A stretch of DNA of 64,000 nucleotides from Bispira polyomma (Eukaryota): contig OZ287755.1 of assembly GCA_965649765.1 (NCBI GenBank), positions 27,466,001-27,530,000 on the forward strand, written 5' to 3'. The notes below the pieces were generated by a model that was not told where the DNA came from, searched no databases, and was given only the letters and a program-made list of their open reading frames with translations. Shown piece by piece: positions 11,123-23,235 of this stretch. Position 1 is the stretch's first letter. Every line of letters begins with the position of its first letter. A program made the translations under genes and the position numbers.

Positions 11123-13990
11123 CTAAAGTAGTTAAAGTTAGTAATTGTAAGATTGTTGAGAGGCCTAGTCAAGTAACTGAAAATATTGTTTCACCCCTGG
11201 CAGTACAGCCGAGTTGTAATGTTAATGTATGTTAAAGTGTTCAAAATGCTAGAAATAAGGCTAACTGTAGAGACAATCTGAAAAATGATAGTTTTTAAAA
11301 TGGACGTTAAACCATTGCTCAAGGCAGTAGTACTAATAAGGTAATGGACATTGAAGTAAAGTTAGCCAGTAATGGATGTACCTGTTGTTTAAAGTTAAGG
11401 CAAGACGTCTGTACTTGCATAAGTTGTATATATTGTCTGGTTCAAAAATCCCTTATGGGGAGGGGCATGATAGTTCGCTTGAAGGTGAGCAGAAACCCAT
11501 GTTAAAACAAGTATTTACTGTCACAAATACTAGTTGTCTGGATTATCATCCAGTTATGTCAGGAACATGTGTAAAATCCACACAAAATGGCTGGATTTCA
11601 GCAAGCACAGTATTTCCTTTTGATAGCAAATTTCAAAATTACATCACTGCGCAACAGTCTGCGCAGAAGCGTTTAAATGGTTTGGGCGGAAATGGTCAAA
11701 CTCACTTGAGTTTAGGCAGCAATACTCTGCTAAGTTCTGTCAGAATGGCTCGGGAATGCACTTTAATCCGCGGAAACCTGGTTTCCGCGGTTCGGATAGA
11801 CTTCGTCCTTCCGAGGGGGGCACACAAGCCACTTTTTGCGACACATGTAATATTGTTGTGTCTGAAGTGTTGAATAGTTTGGGGCGTGGCGTTGTTTGTC
11901 GCGCATTAATACATTTTCTCTTATATACTACACCAAATCTGGTGAGGTGGCTGGCGTGTGGGTATATGTCTGACTAGGCTGCAATACCCAGCCAGCACTG
12001 CTGGATTGCTTACCATAGTTGGGCACACACTGAAGTTGTATAATACTTTGGCCTACTTGACTCGTGTGTTACTGGTTTGTTCATATTATGAGGGTACTTG
12101 CATCAAATTTATCTTACAAAGGAGTTTAGCAACTTTATTAGTAGAATTTGTGTACAGGAGACAGGAGTCTTAAAATTATAGCATTAACCATGAGTCTTAT
12201 CAGTAATTCCACACATACAGGCTTACAAAATCACTTAACTAGTAGTAGTTGTATACATAGCAAGGTCTGGCCATATATACTTGGCCCTGTTACTGGACAG
12301 TTCACACTGGGTTGTATTAAAGCAGTGTGTTATAGTCATGTTACCCAGAGTCTGTGTAGTATTATATATGACATTTCTATCTTTGTTATTAAATGTTGTA
12401 TTTATGTATGTATGTGGCAATGGTTACACTTGTATAAGTTCACTCTTGTTTACACAGCACAGGTTGTACTTGACAAGATGTACAGTTTAGTTGGTCTGTA
12501 AATTTGGTGGTTTTTGTATTGGTTCTCTACACACGTTGGGTGTCTTATTGTGCAACTTTGTAGGCATACACAAGGTAAGATTTACACAGTAATGTCTCAC
12601 CGGGTAATCATATAGACAGTAGTCAAGACCTTTCTTCATATTATAATGGTCATTATATACGGTGCATATATCCTGGACAATTTAAATTTGGCTACTTACC
12701 TGCAGGTAGTCAATTAATGCCAATTAATGGCAGCTGCAGTGCAATTAATTGTGATTCAGCAGTACAGTTGAACAAAGTTGTTAATGGTTATGGTGGTTGC
12801 TTTAATTTTGTGTATCCAGGTATTCCAGTACAGTCTTCACTTAACATACCTGTTTGGAGGAAGTTATTGGACAATTATTATGATAAGCAATTAGTGGAAT
12901 TATTGGAATTTGGTTTTGCTATTGATATGCACTCACTCATCAAGACAGTAACCACCCTGCAGCAGGTTCTTACCCAGATCATATTGCCCATTACTTAAAC
13001 ACTGAACATAAACATGGTGCTATTGAAGGTACTCATTATTGCCAGAGAATGACTGACAGTATTCGCTTTATTATGAGAACATAGGGATATGTTGTTTTTA
13101 ACTACATTGATGACATCATAGGTATCCATGCCTCTTATGATGCGGCTATGGCAGCTTACACTTTCTTATTATAACTGCTCTCCAATTTGGGTCTTCCAGT
13201 TAGTCCGGCTAAGTTGGAGACCCCTAGTAAATGTATTACTTGCTCAGGAATTAACATTGATGTTGGAAAGGGTAGTATAAGTTTGCCACCAGATAAATTA
13301 CTTGAAATCACTGAATTGTGTGTTGATTGGTCTAGTGGAAAGTTTGCAACCAAAAATCAAATTCAGAGTATTGCTGGTAAGCTATTGTACATTAGTAAGT
13401 GTGTCAGGCCTGCTAGATTATTCATCAATAGAATCTTACATGTGCTTCGCACTTGGCAAGAAAGAGGCAGGTTTAAGATAAGCAGTTCTTTCAGAGCAGA
13501 TGTCAGATGGTTTATACAATTTCTAGAACAATTTAATGGTGTTGTATTGTATGATAAGCCACAACAGCATAGTAACATTGTGTATGTGGATGCTATGTTT
13601 GACTGGACGTGGGGCAGTATATCAAAACACTGCTTATCATGTAGAGTTGTCCAATATCAAGGATCGACCTAAACTTATTGTTCACTTGAAAATGCTTAAT
13701 GTTTTCACTGCTCTCACTGTGTGGTCGCCTTCATTCAAAGGTTCTCATGTAATTTTGTATTGTAACAATTTGGCAGTAGTCAATGTACTCAATTTTAACA
13801 AGGGTAAGGATGCTTATCTTAATACAGTAGCATATTTGGTTACTTACGGCGTCACATGACATTACTTTGCAGGTTAGACATGTGGCGGGTGTTGATAACA
13901 TGGGGGCCATCTGTTATCTAGATACTCAGACTTAGCCAAACGGGCACAATTTCATGCCAGTTTTCAGCAGTTGCAATTGCTGCAGGTTCC
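11092..13990 (+). pseudogene. pol (RT + RNase H) of copy 1, frameshifted, with internal RT deletion
   Basis: IPVQSSLNIPVWRKLLDNYYDKQLVELLEFGF, NYIDD, GINID..LPPDKL, KCVRPARLFINR, YVDA, HLKMLNV..YCNNLAVV. Confidence 0.85.
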
Positions 13991-14063
13991 CTGTCATGCC
14001 ACCCCCTCACTTGGGATATTTAATGGTTACTATGAATGATTATGTATATGTTTGTTCTTACAG

Positions 14064-15010
14064 GTTCCACCCAGTTAAAACAATTACTGTCTGTGGCTTC
14101 CGCCCAGGCAAAAATGGTGTATCAGCCCAAAACTAGGGCTTGGTATTATAGGACTATGTCCACCTTTCTTAAGTTTTGTGTTACCAAGTCTGTTCAACAT
14201 CTCCAATACTCACTTAGTGTGGTTCTGGCTTACATTGAGCAATTGGTTCAAATTGGGCTCACTTATCCCTCCATTCAAAATCATTTGTCAGCCTTAAAGC
14301 ATTATTTCAGAAGGTTTGGATTGGATGTGGAAATTTTTAGTCATGTCCATGTGGTCATGCTTCTCAAGGCTATCAATAACAATGTCACTAGACAGGTGAA
14401 AGACAGATTTAATATATATTTGTGCTCAATGTGACAGGATCACACATGGTATAGTTTTAAGGCAGTGTTCTTAGTGGCTTTCTTTGGCCTTTTTAGAATA
14501 AGTAACTTGTTGTCACATAGAGTGTTTCAGTATGATTGCAAACGACTGTTATTACGTCGTGATGTGCAGTTTCAATCACGAGGTTTGGTGATACAAGTTA
14601 GATGGACTAAAACTATGCAAAGTAGACAAATTAGTGTGTCGTTGCAGTTACCTTTTATTAATGGTTCTCCGCTTTGTCCAACACAAGCGGTTCAACAGAG
14701 GTTTGATTGCTATCCGGCTTCTCTGGATGCACCACTTTTTGTATTACCTGGTTCTCAAAATCAGTACAAAATTTTGACAGATGTCAAAGTGCGTTATGTA
14801 TTAAAGGACATTTTAGGAGGCCTTGGCCTTAATACTCATACTCTTGGTTTTCATGCATTCAGGCGTTCAGGGGCTTCCCTCCTGTTTCAAAATAATGTTC
14901 CCTTGCAGTGTCTTCAGGCACATGGGACCTCAGATGCGGTTTGGGCTTACTTGTAAACTGGGGCCAATCTCTCCATCATCCCTCAAGCTTTTCAGGCCAT
15001 TCTACCTTAA
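14064..15010 (+). pseudogene. Tyrosine recombinase of copy 1
   Basis: SIQNHLSALKH, FFGLFRISNL (box I R), WTKT, LCP, FHAFRRSGA (HxxR), HGT-SDAVWAYL (catalytic Y); frameshift near 14430 and a stop at 14954. Confidence 0.9.
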
Positions 15011-15206
15011 AAAAAAACTTAGTAAGTATTCCAACTTTCTTTCTTCTTACTTACTTGTTTGGCTTAGGGTGGTTATTATTCTAGTATTCACTTCAAATAA
15101 TCACATAATCTGTAATGGTGGTAGCCATTGGCTAATACTTGTGTGTAATAAAAATACAAACTGTCAGCGTGGTAACATATTGGCTACTATTTGTATGTGA
15201 TTCTGT

Positions 15207-15207
<1 letters not shown>

Positions 15208-15238
<31 letters not shown>

Positions 15239-16780
15239 ATTTTTTATTATACTGACATTGTGTTATACATATACAAATATACAAAATCACATTTTATTAA
15301 TTGTAACACTCAGCCTTAAGGCTTATAAGTCAGTTTAAATATAATATTCTAATTTAATGTGTGTATAAAAAGGTATAAAACTATTATTTTGCAGAAATGG
15401 TAAAATTCACAATTTATTGAACTTTCTATATCTTCAATTCTTTTAAAAATTTTGATTTCCTATATTCCCATAATTTACATAAAAATTTTGCAAATGTTTT
15501 AATATGTTTATCTTTGAGTGACATTAAATTAATAAATTTTTCTTCCGAACTCAAAAGATTAAAGTTTACTTCCACATTTTTAACAACATAATCAAAGAAC
15601 ACTTTTCTATCTCTATCGTAAACTGTACAGTCAATTAAAAAATGCTGTTCGTCTTCTATAAAATTTAAATTACACATTGTACATATCCTACTTGACAAAT
15701 CTCTTTTCTGGTATCTTCCAGTTTCTATGGCTAGAGGCAGTATTCCAGATCTTAATTGGGCAATGAGAGACCTTTCATTTCTATAAAGATTCTGTAATAC
15801 GTATTCTTCTGTATAAATATGAGTTTTATATTTGACATACAATCTTAATTTTGGTTTGGTACATATAGATTCTTGCCATTCGAGATCATTTAAACAAAAT
15901 AGCTTCTCTTCTGCGGTATTTAAATCAATGTCTTCTCCTAGGAGAAGTTTTTCTTGCAAGCCTATCTGATCTAAAATGTTTTCTAGGTCTCCGCTCCAAC
16001 TTTCATTTGTTATGTTCTGAAGATCATGTTCGAATATTTGATATGTTAGTCTCTCATTGTCCATTCTAATAAGCCTATTATAAAACTTAAAGATATTCAT
16101 ATACATTCTGAATTTTGGTTTTAGCCATCCTACATCCAATACATTTACTGGGTTTTTGCATGCACACCCAGAAAATAACGACATGCTCTATTCTGAATTT
16201 TATTGGCATAATTTGAGTGTGCAAAACCCCAAATACCACTACAGTAATCTGTTATAGGTATGATGCCACTTTCATATAATTTTGAGAATGTTTTGAATCC
16301 AATATTTTTATATTGTTTAAATTTTGATATTAATCCACCTAGTGCTCGCCCACCAGCTTCTGATAGTTCTTTTGCGCATACTTTATAATCTAGATGTTCA
16401 TGCAAAGATACACCTAAATACTTATATTGATCAACAATCTCAAGCTTTGAAGAACCAGTAACAAATTTACAACAAGACTGTGGTTTTCGTTTTTTGCGGA
16501 AATGTACTATTTGACTTTTTGATTCGTTTATTAATAAGTGCCATTTTTTGCACCACTGATCCAGTTTAGTCAATAAAAGCTGTAAATGTTCTTCGTTTTC
16601 TGCAATTAAAGCAATATCATCTGCATATAATAATATTGATATCTTTTTGTTACCAAAGGGGACACCTAAACCCATATTTTTTATTTCAATGGCTAAGTCA
16701 TTTATAAAGATTCCAAACAATGTTGGGGACAAATTGTCACCTTGTCTTAATCCTGAATTTACCACAAACCAAGAAGAAAG
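15208..16780 (-). mobile_element. 5'-truncated non-LTR retrotransposon (RTE-X-like) with (TCTA)n tail
   Basis: GLRQGDNLSPTLF, LLYADDIAL, YKYLG; C-terminal LAIETGRY..C..C..EDEQHFLIDC; one frameshift at ~16150; AATAAA followed by a TCTA microsatellite tail. Confidence 0.85.
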
Positions 16781-16869
16781 AATGCATGGAAAATAAACAA
16801 AATATACCAAGACATACTGTTATATATTTGTGTTACTTCAAGGTCTAAAATGGACTCGACTCTGGTCAC

Positions 16870-17511
16870 TGTGTTAACAAGTAGATGTTTGACAATAAGT
16901 TAAAACTCAACGAAAGAAAAATCATTCTTTTTGGATCCAAGAGTTTTTCTGACAATTTTCCAGTCAATATTCTGGGAAAGATCTTGTTGCCTCAAGTTGC
17001 AGTGTGTACAACACAGTTTGGCTCAGATAGTAATGAGGAAGTCGAAGTTAAGTCACATTACTCCTGTTTTAAAAACCCTCCACTGGCTGCCTATTGGGTA
17101 TACAACAATATTCAAAAACATCCCTCAGTCTATAAATATCTCAATTCAGGTCTCCCTCGGTATTTCAGTCCTTACTTGTCTCGCAATACATGTTAACGTA
17201 ATACAAGGTGTATAGTAGGCCTGAAAATGCTTTCTTAGGGGCTCTTGCTTTGTACGAAGACATTTTAACAATAGTTTCTCATATGATGCTGCTAAGCTAT
17301 AAAATAATATGCCTCATGATATTCGCACTGCCTCCTCACTTGCCTGTTTTTAGAAAACAGCCCAAAACCTACCTATTTAGCAAAGCTTTTCCACCTTGGC
17401 CTCCTTTTTCCGGCGTCTTCATGATCATGACCCATGTACCTCCAATGGCTATGTTAATTGTCAAATGATTTTCTGTCCTCTGCGCCTTAGAATCTGCTAG
17501 CACAGAGTTTA
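16870..17511 (+). mobile_element. L2-clade LINE 3' relic, split by the Harbinger insertion (tail resumes 22179-22210)
   Basis: MFDNKLKLN, SHITPVLKTLHWLPI, FRKQPKTYLFSKAFPP; tail gcgccttag..agagtTTA|gcattataaaag. Confidence 0.8.
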
Positions 17512-18211
17512 AGTGGGGGTTCCACATTCAGGATTTGGTCCCCGACCTTCCCGACTTTGAGGTCCGGGACACCTACAGGAAGGTCGGGGAGCAAAATCGG
17601 GGTTGTCGGGAAGGTCAGGAAGAATATCAAAAAAGTTAGAAATTTTAAAAGTGGTCCCGACTTTTGGTCCCGGACCTCAAAATCGGGATCATCAATATGT
17701 TCGATCCTATTACCAATATGTTCTGTCGGATAGGTCGGGGCGCACTGCCGGCCTGTCCTATTGCCGGCCCGTTCTGTCCTATTGGGATCCGCCCCTTTTT
17801 CAATACGACAGGCCGGGCTGCCAATCTGATCGAACTTATTTGACTCCCAACTTGACGTATTACTCCCCGATCGAACTTTTTGTCACCCCGGCAGAACTTG
17901 GTGTAAGCACGTTTTTTTACCCGATCAAACTTAACACAGCAGGACAGAACGTATTGGCTATCAGATCTGCCGGGAGAGGTAAAAGATCGAACTGGGGGAG
18001 GGTAGGACAGAACTTATCAGCCTTAGGATCTGGCGTATTCAGTACCGACCAATAGGATCGAACGGGGTTGTTTGGGTCGTTGTATTTGGAGATTGCTGAC
18101 TGGCACGAAGTTGTGTTTTTTGTAGAGAGGGATTTTTATTGTTTTTAATTAGTTATATGTTTTGAGTTTAGGGCAAGTTTTACAGTTAGGTTTTTTTTCA
18201 CAACATTAAAG

Positions 18212-19784
18212 ATGCCTAGATTGAGGAGAGTGAAGAGGAAGATTGTTGAACAGGAGAGAGAGGAGTTTGAAGTGGGAGTATCATCAGATGAGATAGAGAG
18301 GAAGAGGAGAGATGACAGAGAGTCCTGCAGTGAGTGAGAGAGCTGAGAGTGGGAGAGAGGATGCTTCACAAGTATTGCCTGGATCTTCACAGTACAGAGG
18401 ACACATAAAGAAGGCCGGCAAGATGGTCCATGTCATTCTGACAGAGGAGGACGAGGAATCAGTAGTGGATTTTGTCAGAGACAACGAGGTGCTTTTCAAC
18501 AAGCACCATGAACAGTTCAAAGACAGAGCACTGAAGGAGAAGTTGTGGTCCGATTTCGCAGCTACCTGTGGTTTGAAAACCAACGAGGTTAGGCCTTGGT
18601 TTGAGTCGCAGAGGACCTGCTTCGGCAAGTTGATAGTTAAGACCCTATTTTACAGAGCGAAGAAAACTGGCTGATCGCGCTTCTCTTTTCTTGGATATCA
18701 CATCGACAGGCATGTCAAGTCGTCAGGCTTCAAGCCCAGTGCTACGTCTACCCAGGGAGTGTCCCCACCCCGTCAGGGAAGCCACGATGTGTCCAGATAT
18801 TCCAGCATCGGAGAAGAGGGCGACAGCGTCACAAAGACCAGTCTCAGGAGCCTCCAGAGAAGTTCCCCGTCTCGACTCAGCTCAGACGCCAACCTCATGC
18901 TTGGAGAGCACCTCACGCAGATCAGGACACTGATGAGCAGCTTGGTTGGAGAGCAGAGAAGTCCCCAGAAGCCTGTGACCAACCGCAGCGCCTTTTTTGC
19001 TTACCTAGCAGCCGAGGCAGAGAAGTTAGATGTGGGCGAGTTTCAGAAGTTCCGAGACAGCACCTTTTCCTGTCTTAGCCAGATCCAGCAAGGTAGAAGT
19101 CAACCCGTGAGGAGTGCCTTCACCAGACCTGCCCCAACGTCTACCCTGTCGCGAGCGCCTGGATCGAGCTACGTCCCCCGGCAGTGTGTGCAGCAGTCTC
19201 AGCATCCTCAGCTTGTGGTGATGGATAGAGCTACACAGTCTTCGGCTGCTGCACAGAAGCCCGCGTTTCAATCACAGAACTTTCCGTTCCAGCAGTCTCA
19301 GCACCCACCACAGTACGTTGTGGTGGGTACAGCTACAGTGTCTTCAGCTGCTGGGTCGTCTCAGCAGAAGCCTGCTACCACGTTTCAACAACAGAACTTT
19401 CCGTCCCAGCAGTCTCAGCACCCACCACAGTTCGTTGTGGTGGGTACAGCTACAGAGTCTTTGGCTGCTGGGTCGTCCAGTGTCAAGTCGCCGACTTACT
19501 TTAGCTTGGAAGAACATTCAGGGGTTGCTACTAAGTTGATGCCGAGCATTTCTCCTAGTAAGCAGTACTCGAACCCACCTTCTAATGCATCCTTGTTTGA
19601 GGAGTCAGCACACAACACGTCAACGATTTCAAGCTTTCTGACGAAGTACAACAGCAAACTCCCCCAGGACTTCGGTTATGAGACAGTTAGTCCCAGCGCC
19701 CCAGGAATACTGGCAACGCCTTTACCAGTGGACAATCAGCAGTCACAGATTGACAATCAGCAGTCTCAGGCAGTCACAGATTGA
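18212..19784 (+). pseudogene. Harbinger Myb/SANT-like (MADF) DNA-binding protein
   Basis: ATG at 18212; EESVVDFVRDNEVLFNKHHEQFKDRALKEKLWSDFA..WFESQRTCFGKL (MADF); then RSAFFAYLAAEAEKL and a Q/S-rich repeated tail; 2-3 frameshifts. Confidence 0.85.
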
Positions 19785-20309
19785 CAACACACAGCAGCTG
19801 ATCGTCTCGCCAACACCTCAGCCAGAGTCAAAAAAAAAAAGAATCAAAACCTCCCAAAATTGCCCAAGTAAGTATCTAATTGAGATTGAAAATCCCTACC
19901 CCCATTGGAAAAGATTTTGTTGAAAGATAAGGGATACCAAATATGAGATATTGTTAGCAAAAAAAAAGTCTGTCCCTATAAGTACCGAATTGAGATATCA
20001 AGTCCCCATCCCCATAGTAAATGTTTCTGATAAATAATGACAGACAATAATTGCAAGAAATTGTTTTAGAAGGGAAGACAGTACAAAGTCTGTCCCAAAT
20101 AACCCAATAAGTACCAAATTGAGATACAAAACCAAAGGTTGTCAGTATGTCTGTGTGTGTAGGGCTTTTTACATTTTCAATGTTTTTGGGGGGAACTGGT
20201 TAAGTTGTATGTATGCAGGGGCCCTGGGTATTACATTTAGTGATTGTTATTGGTAATAGGTGGGGGGTGGGGGTGTAACAAATAGCTCAGATATTGTTTT
20301 TGAAATAAT

Positions 20310-20361
20310 TGGGTGGTCCTGAAAAGGACCTTTTAAATTTTGGGTGGTCCTGAAAAGGACC
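20310..20361 (-). terminator. Two tandem histone-type 3' stem-loops downstream of the transposase
   Basis: Minus strand: AAAA-GGTCCTTTTCAGGACC-ACCCA twice (stem-loops at 20346-20361 and 20315-20330), starting 75 nt after the transposase stop. Confidence 0.85.
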
Positions 20362-20436
20362 TTTTAAATTTTTTGCTACTGCAAGACCTCTGGGTTGGCT
20401 TCTCATCTGGCTCTTGTGGTTAGGCTCAGGCTCAGG

Positions 20437-21729
20437 CTAAACTCTTTCCTCTTGCCACGGGACAGCCCCCTCATTCATAAAAAAGTCCATTAATACGTCC
20501 CTCTGTTCTTTGGCCGCCCTGGATGGGTTTCTGTGGGTGGTTGGTTGACCTCTTACTAACTGGACCTCGGGTTCAGGTGGATCATCTTGTGGGTTAGGGT
20601 GCTTTAGTGCTGGGTTTCCACACCGGCTTCTCAGTATGTTATGTAATATCACACACATCAATGTCAGATTTGAGGTCACCAGGGGGTGCTGTTACATTGT
20701 CGTCAGTAATAGGCGGAAGCGGCTGGCCAAAATCCCAAAAGAGTTCTCCACTGCCCGCCTTCCCCTGGATATCCTGTAGTTACAAATTCTCTGTGCATGG
20801 GTGAGTTCCCTCCTCGAGTAGGATTTCATCATCCAAGTTTTCAGAGCAAAGGCGTCGTCCCCCAACAGGAAGTATTCCACGTCACGTCAAGACCCCTCAA
20901 ACAGTGGTTAAGGTCTGGGCAGCCCAATGGATGCATCTTCTATCTTCTGCTTGAGGTCTGAGTGGTTAAAAATTTTGGCGTCGGAACAGGAACCACTGCA
21001 TCCAATGTCTACCCAAATAAATCTGTAGTCCGCATCAACCAGGGCAAACAGGACAATGGAGTGGAAGCCTTTATAGTTGTAGAATTCGCTCCCAGCCTTG
21101 GGAGGCTTCTTAATGGCCACGTACTTCCCATCGATAGATCCAACAGCATGAGGGATATTCAACCTGGTCCTGTACACTTCTTCTATTTTCAGCCAGTCTG
21201 CGGGGGTGGTTGGGCAGGCTAGATTTTCTGTCTCTTATTCCGTAATGATGGCCTTGCATTCTTCTGGTATAAACTTGGTGATAGATGACTTCCCCACCAT
21301 GAACTGGTAGGACAGGGATCTGTAGTTCTCCCCAGTGGCCAGGTGCCTTAAAGTTACAGCCAGTTTCAGTCCAACATCCAAGGGCTTTCTGAACCAAGTG
21401 ACTTCTTTCTTCACATGGGGTGTTATCCTATCCTTGATTTCGTCAAATATGTCAGGTGGTAGCCTGAAAAAATTCCTGTATGAGGCTGCATCCCCTTCCT
21501 GTAGCTCCGGCACTAAGTTTGCGTAGTAGCTTAGGGCCTCTCTCTGACCGATCCAAGGCTTGACCCAGCAGGTGGGTGACATACGTGGAAGTCTAATCTT
21601 CTCCGGGGGAGCCCAAGGGGCGCGTGGTGGTGTTTGGTTCAAATCCTCCTGACCCTGAGCCTTGTCTTTCTCATGTTGTAATATAAGCATGAGGATACAT
21701 ATTTCAATCTCAAAAAAACTAACTGGCAT
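20437..21729 (-). pseudogene. Harbinger DDE transposase (HARBI1-like), intronless, frameshifted
   Basis: [94 protein letters not shown]. Confidence 0.95.
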
Positions 21730-22233
21730 TTTACTCACTTACTCAATTATTAATGACCTGATTACTCAAAAATTCTTGAGTTTTAGGGCTCAAAAAGAGG
21801 TACTTATGGGTCTAGAAGCACTCCTGACTTTAATTTTTAGAAAGTTCGAACCTATTGGTCGGGATGACCAATACGTCAGATCCTATAGTCAATACGTTCG
21901 ATCCTAAGTCAATACGTTCGATCCTATCGCCAATAAGTTTGATCCTATTCAGGTCGGGAAGGTCGGGAGTCAATGGAGTTCAAAGTCGTACGACCTTTAC
22001 ATACGATCGGGGTCGCGGGCCCGTCAAAACGGCGCGCAATCAGTTTAATTGGGAAGGTCGGGGCATATTTTCATTTTCCCGCCCAAAAAGTGGATTTTAT
22101 TGATTTTTTGGTCCCGACCTTCCCGACTTTAAAGTCGGGGTTTTTTTGCCGATCGAACTTAAGTGTGGAACCCCCCCTTTAGCATTATAAAAGTTAGATT
22201 GTTGATATTACTATTTTCACATCCTGCGCTTCC

Positions 22234-22603
22234 TTTCATCAGATATATACCCAATATTCGTCGGATGTTGACTTTTAAAATAGCATGAGAAAGCTTATTT
22301 TATTCTGATTACTGTGCTTCTTTTTTCATCAAAATTCGTTGAGAAACGGCTCAGAAATTTAAGTTTATAGATTGGTACCCATTTTTACTTCTTTATGTGT
22401 GCGTTGTGGCGTACCTGCAAAACCGACGTCATAATGACGTTGCTGTGATGCATTATTAACAGCAGAAGGAGAAGTTAAAGGGGGTGCCCGTCTAAAAATT
22501 TAAATATCTGAGCCGTTTCTCAACGGATTTTGTTGGGGGAAAAAGCACACTCATCAAAGTAAATCACAACATCCGACGAATATTGAGTGTATATCGGATA
22601 AAA
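22234..22603. mobile_element. Foldback non-autonomous element
   Basis: Nested inverted repeats: aatattcgtcggatgttg / caacatccgacgaatatt and cgttgagaaacggctcaga / tctgagccgtttctcaacg. Confidence 0.7.
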
Positions 22604-23107
22604 ACTATACCTGTTACAGTGTTTTTGTATTAAAATCGGACAGTCCTCCCGATTTTTCCCCTCCCTGACAGATAAAATATGTTGCCAAACAGACGTCGGC
22701 TGACGTCTGATCGGATCTGATGCAAATATGCTGAAAGGAAGCACTTGGTTATATTATGTAGTGAGCAAAAAAATCGGCCGACGTCTGTCGTACACAAGCT
22801 AAACCTATTAGCTTGTTCCCCAATGTCAAGCTATTACATGTATGTATACAGACATTTAGATTTGAAAAATTTAATTTTGAATTTAAATTTTTATTAGAAA
22901 TACATTTCCTAATATAGCTATATGTTGGAGCCATCCAATCCATTGGCCAACGCGGAGATGTGAAAATTAAGGTATAGTACTACCTTAACCAGCCAATGGG
23001 TATATACAGTAGTCCACCCTCTCGTCAAAAGGGTCATATGATCACCTGTTTACTTCATTTTTATGTTGTAAAAGAATTACGTGCATGGTCGGCGGGAGGG
23101 ACTCCAA

Positions 23108-23235
23108 GTATTAGGAAATGGTATTTCTAAAAAAAGTATTTCTAACAAAAAAAGTATTTCTAACAAAAATTTAAATTAAAAATTAAATTTTTTTCCATTT
23201 TATAGCGAAATACTACTACCATTTCCTGATATAGC
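23108..23235. other. DIRS internal complementary region (ICR)
   Basis: Joins a copy of the element's 3' terminus (complement of 22864-22912) to its 5' terminus (ttttatagcgaaatactactaccatttcctgatat, complement of 33745-33779). Confidence 0.85.

Larger units (their letters stand above)
9740..15205 (+). mobile_element. Ngaro-like YR retrotransposon copy 1 (degraded)
   Basis: gag, RT/RNase H and YR in order; same architecture and motifs as copy 2; 5' end missing and 3' end abutting an RTE-X LINE, so boundaries are approximate. Confidence 0.85.
17512..22178. mobile_element. Full-length PIF/Harbinger DNA transposon (4.67 kb)
   Basis: TTA TSD (17509-17511, 22179-22181); TIRs ag(t/g)gggggttccaca; subterminal gtcggga and gttcgatcctat arrays; convergent MADF and DDE transposase genes. 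Confidence 0.95.

Noticed and set aside
20310-20361. Histone gene or pseudogene, or a Rho-independent terminator, as the source of the hairpins
   Set aside because: No histone coding sequence is nearby, the only upstream ORF is the transposase, and the DNA is eukaryotic.
20437-21729. Domesticated host HARBI1 gene
   Set aside because: It is frameshifted, enclosed by TIRs and a TTA TSD, and paired with a MADF gene.
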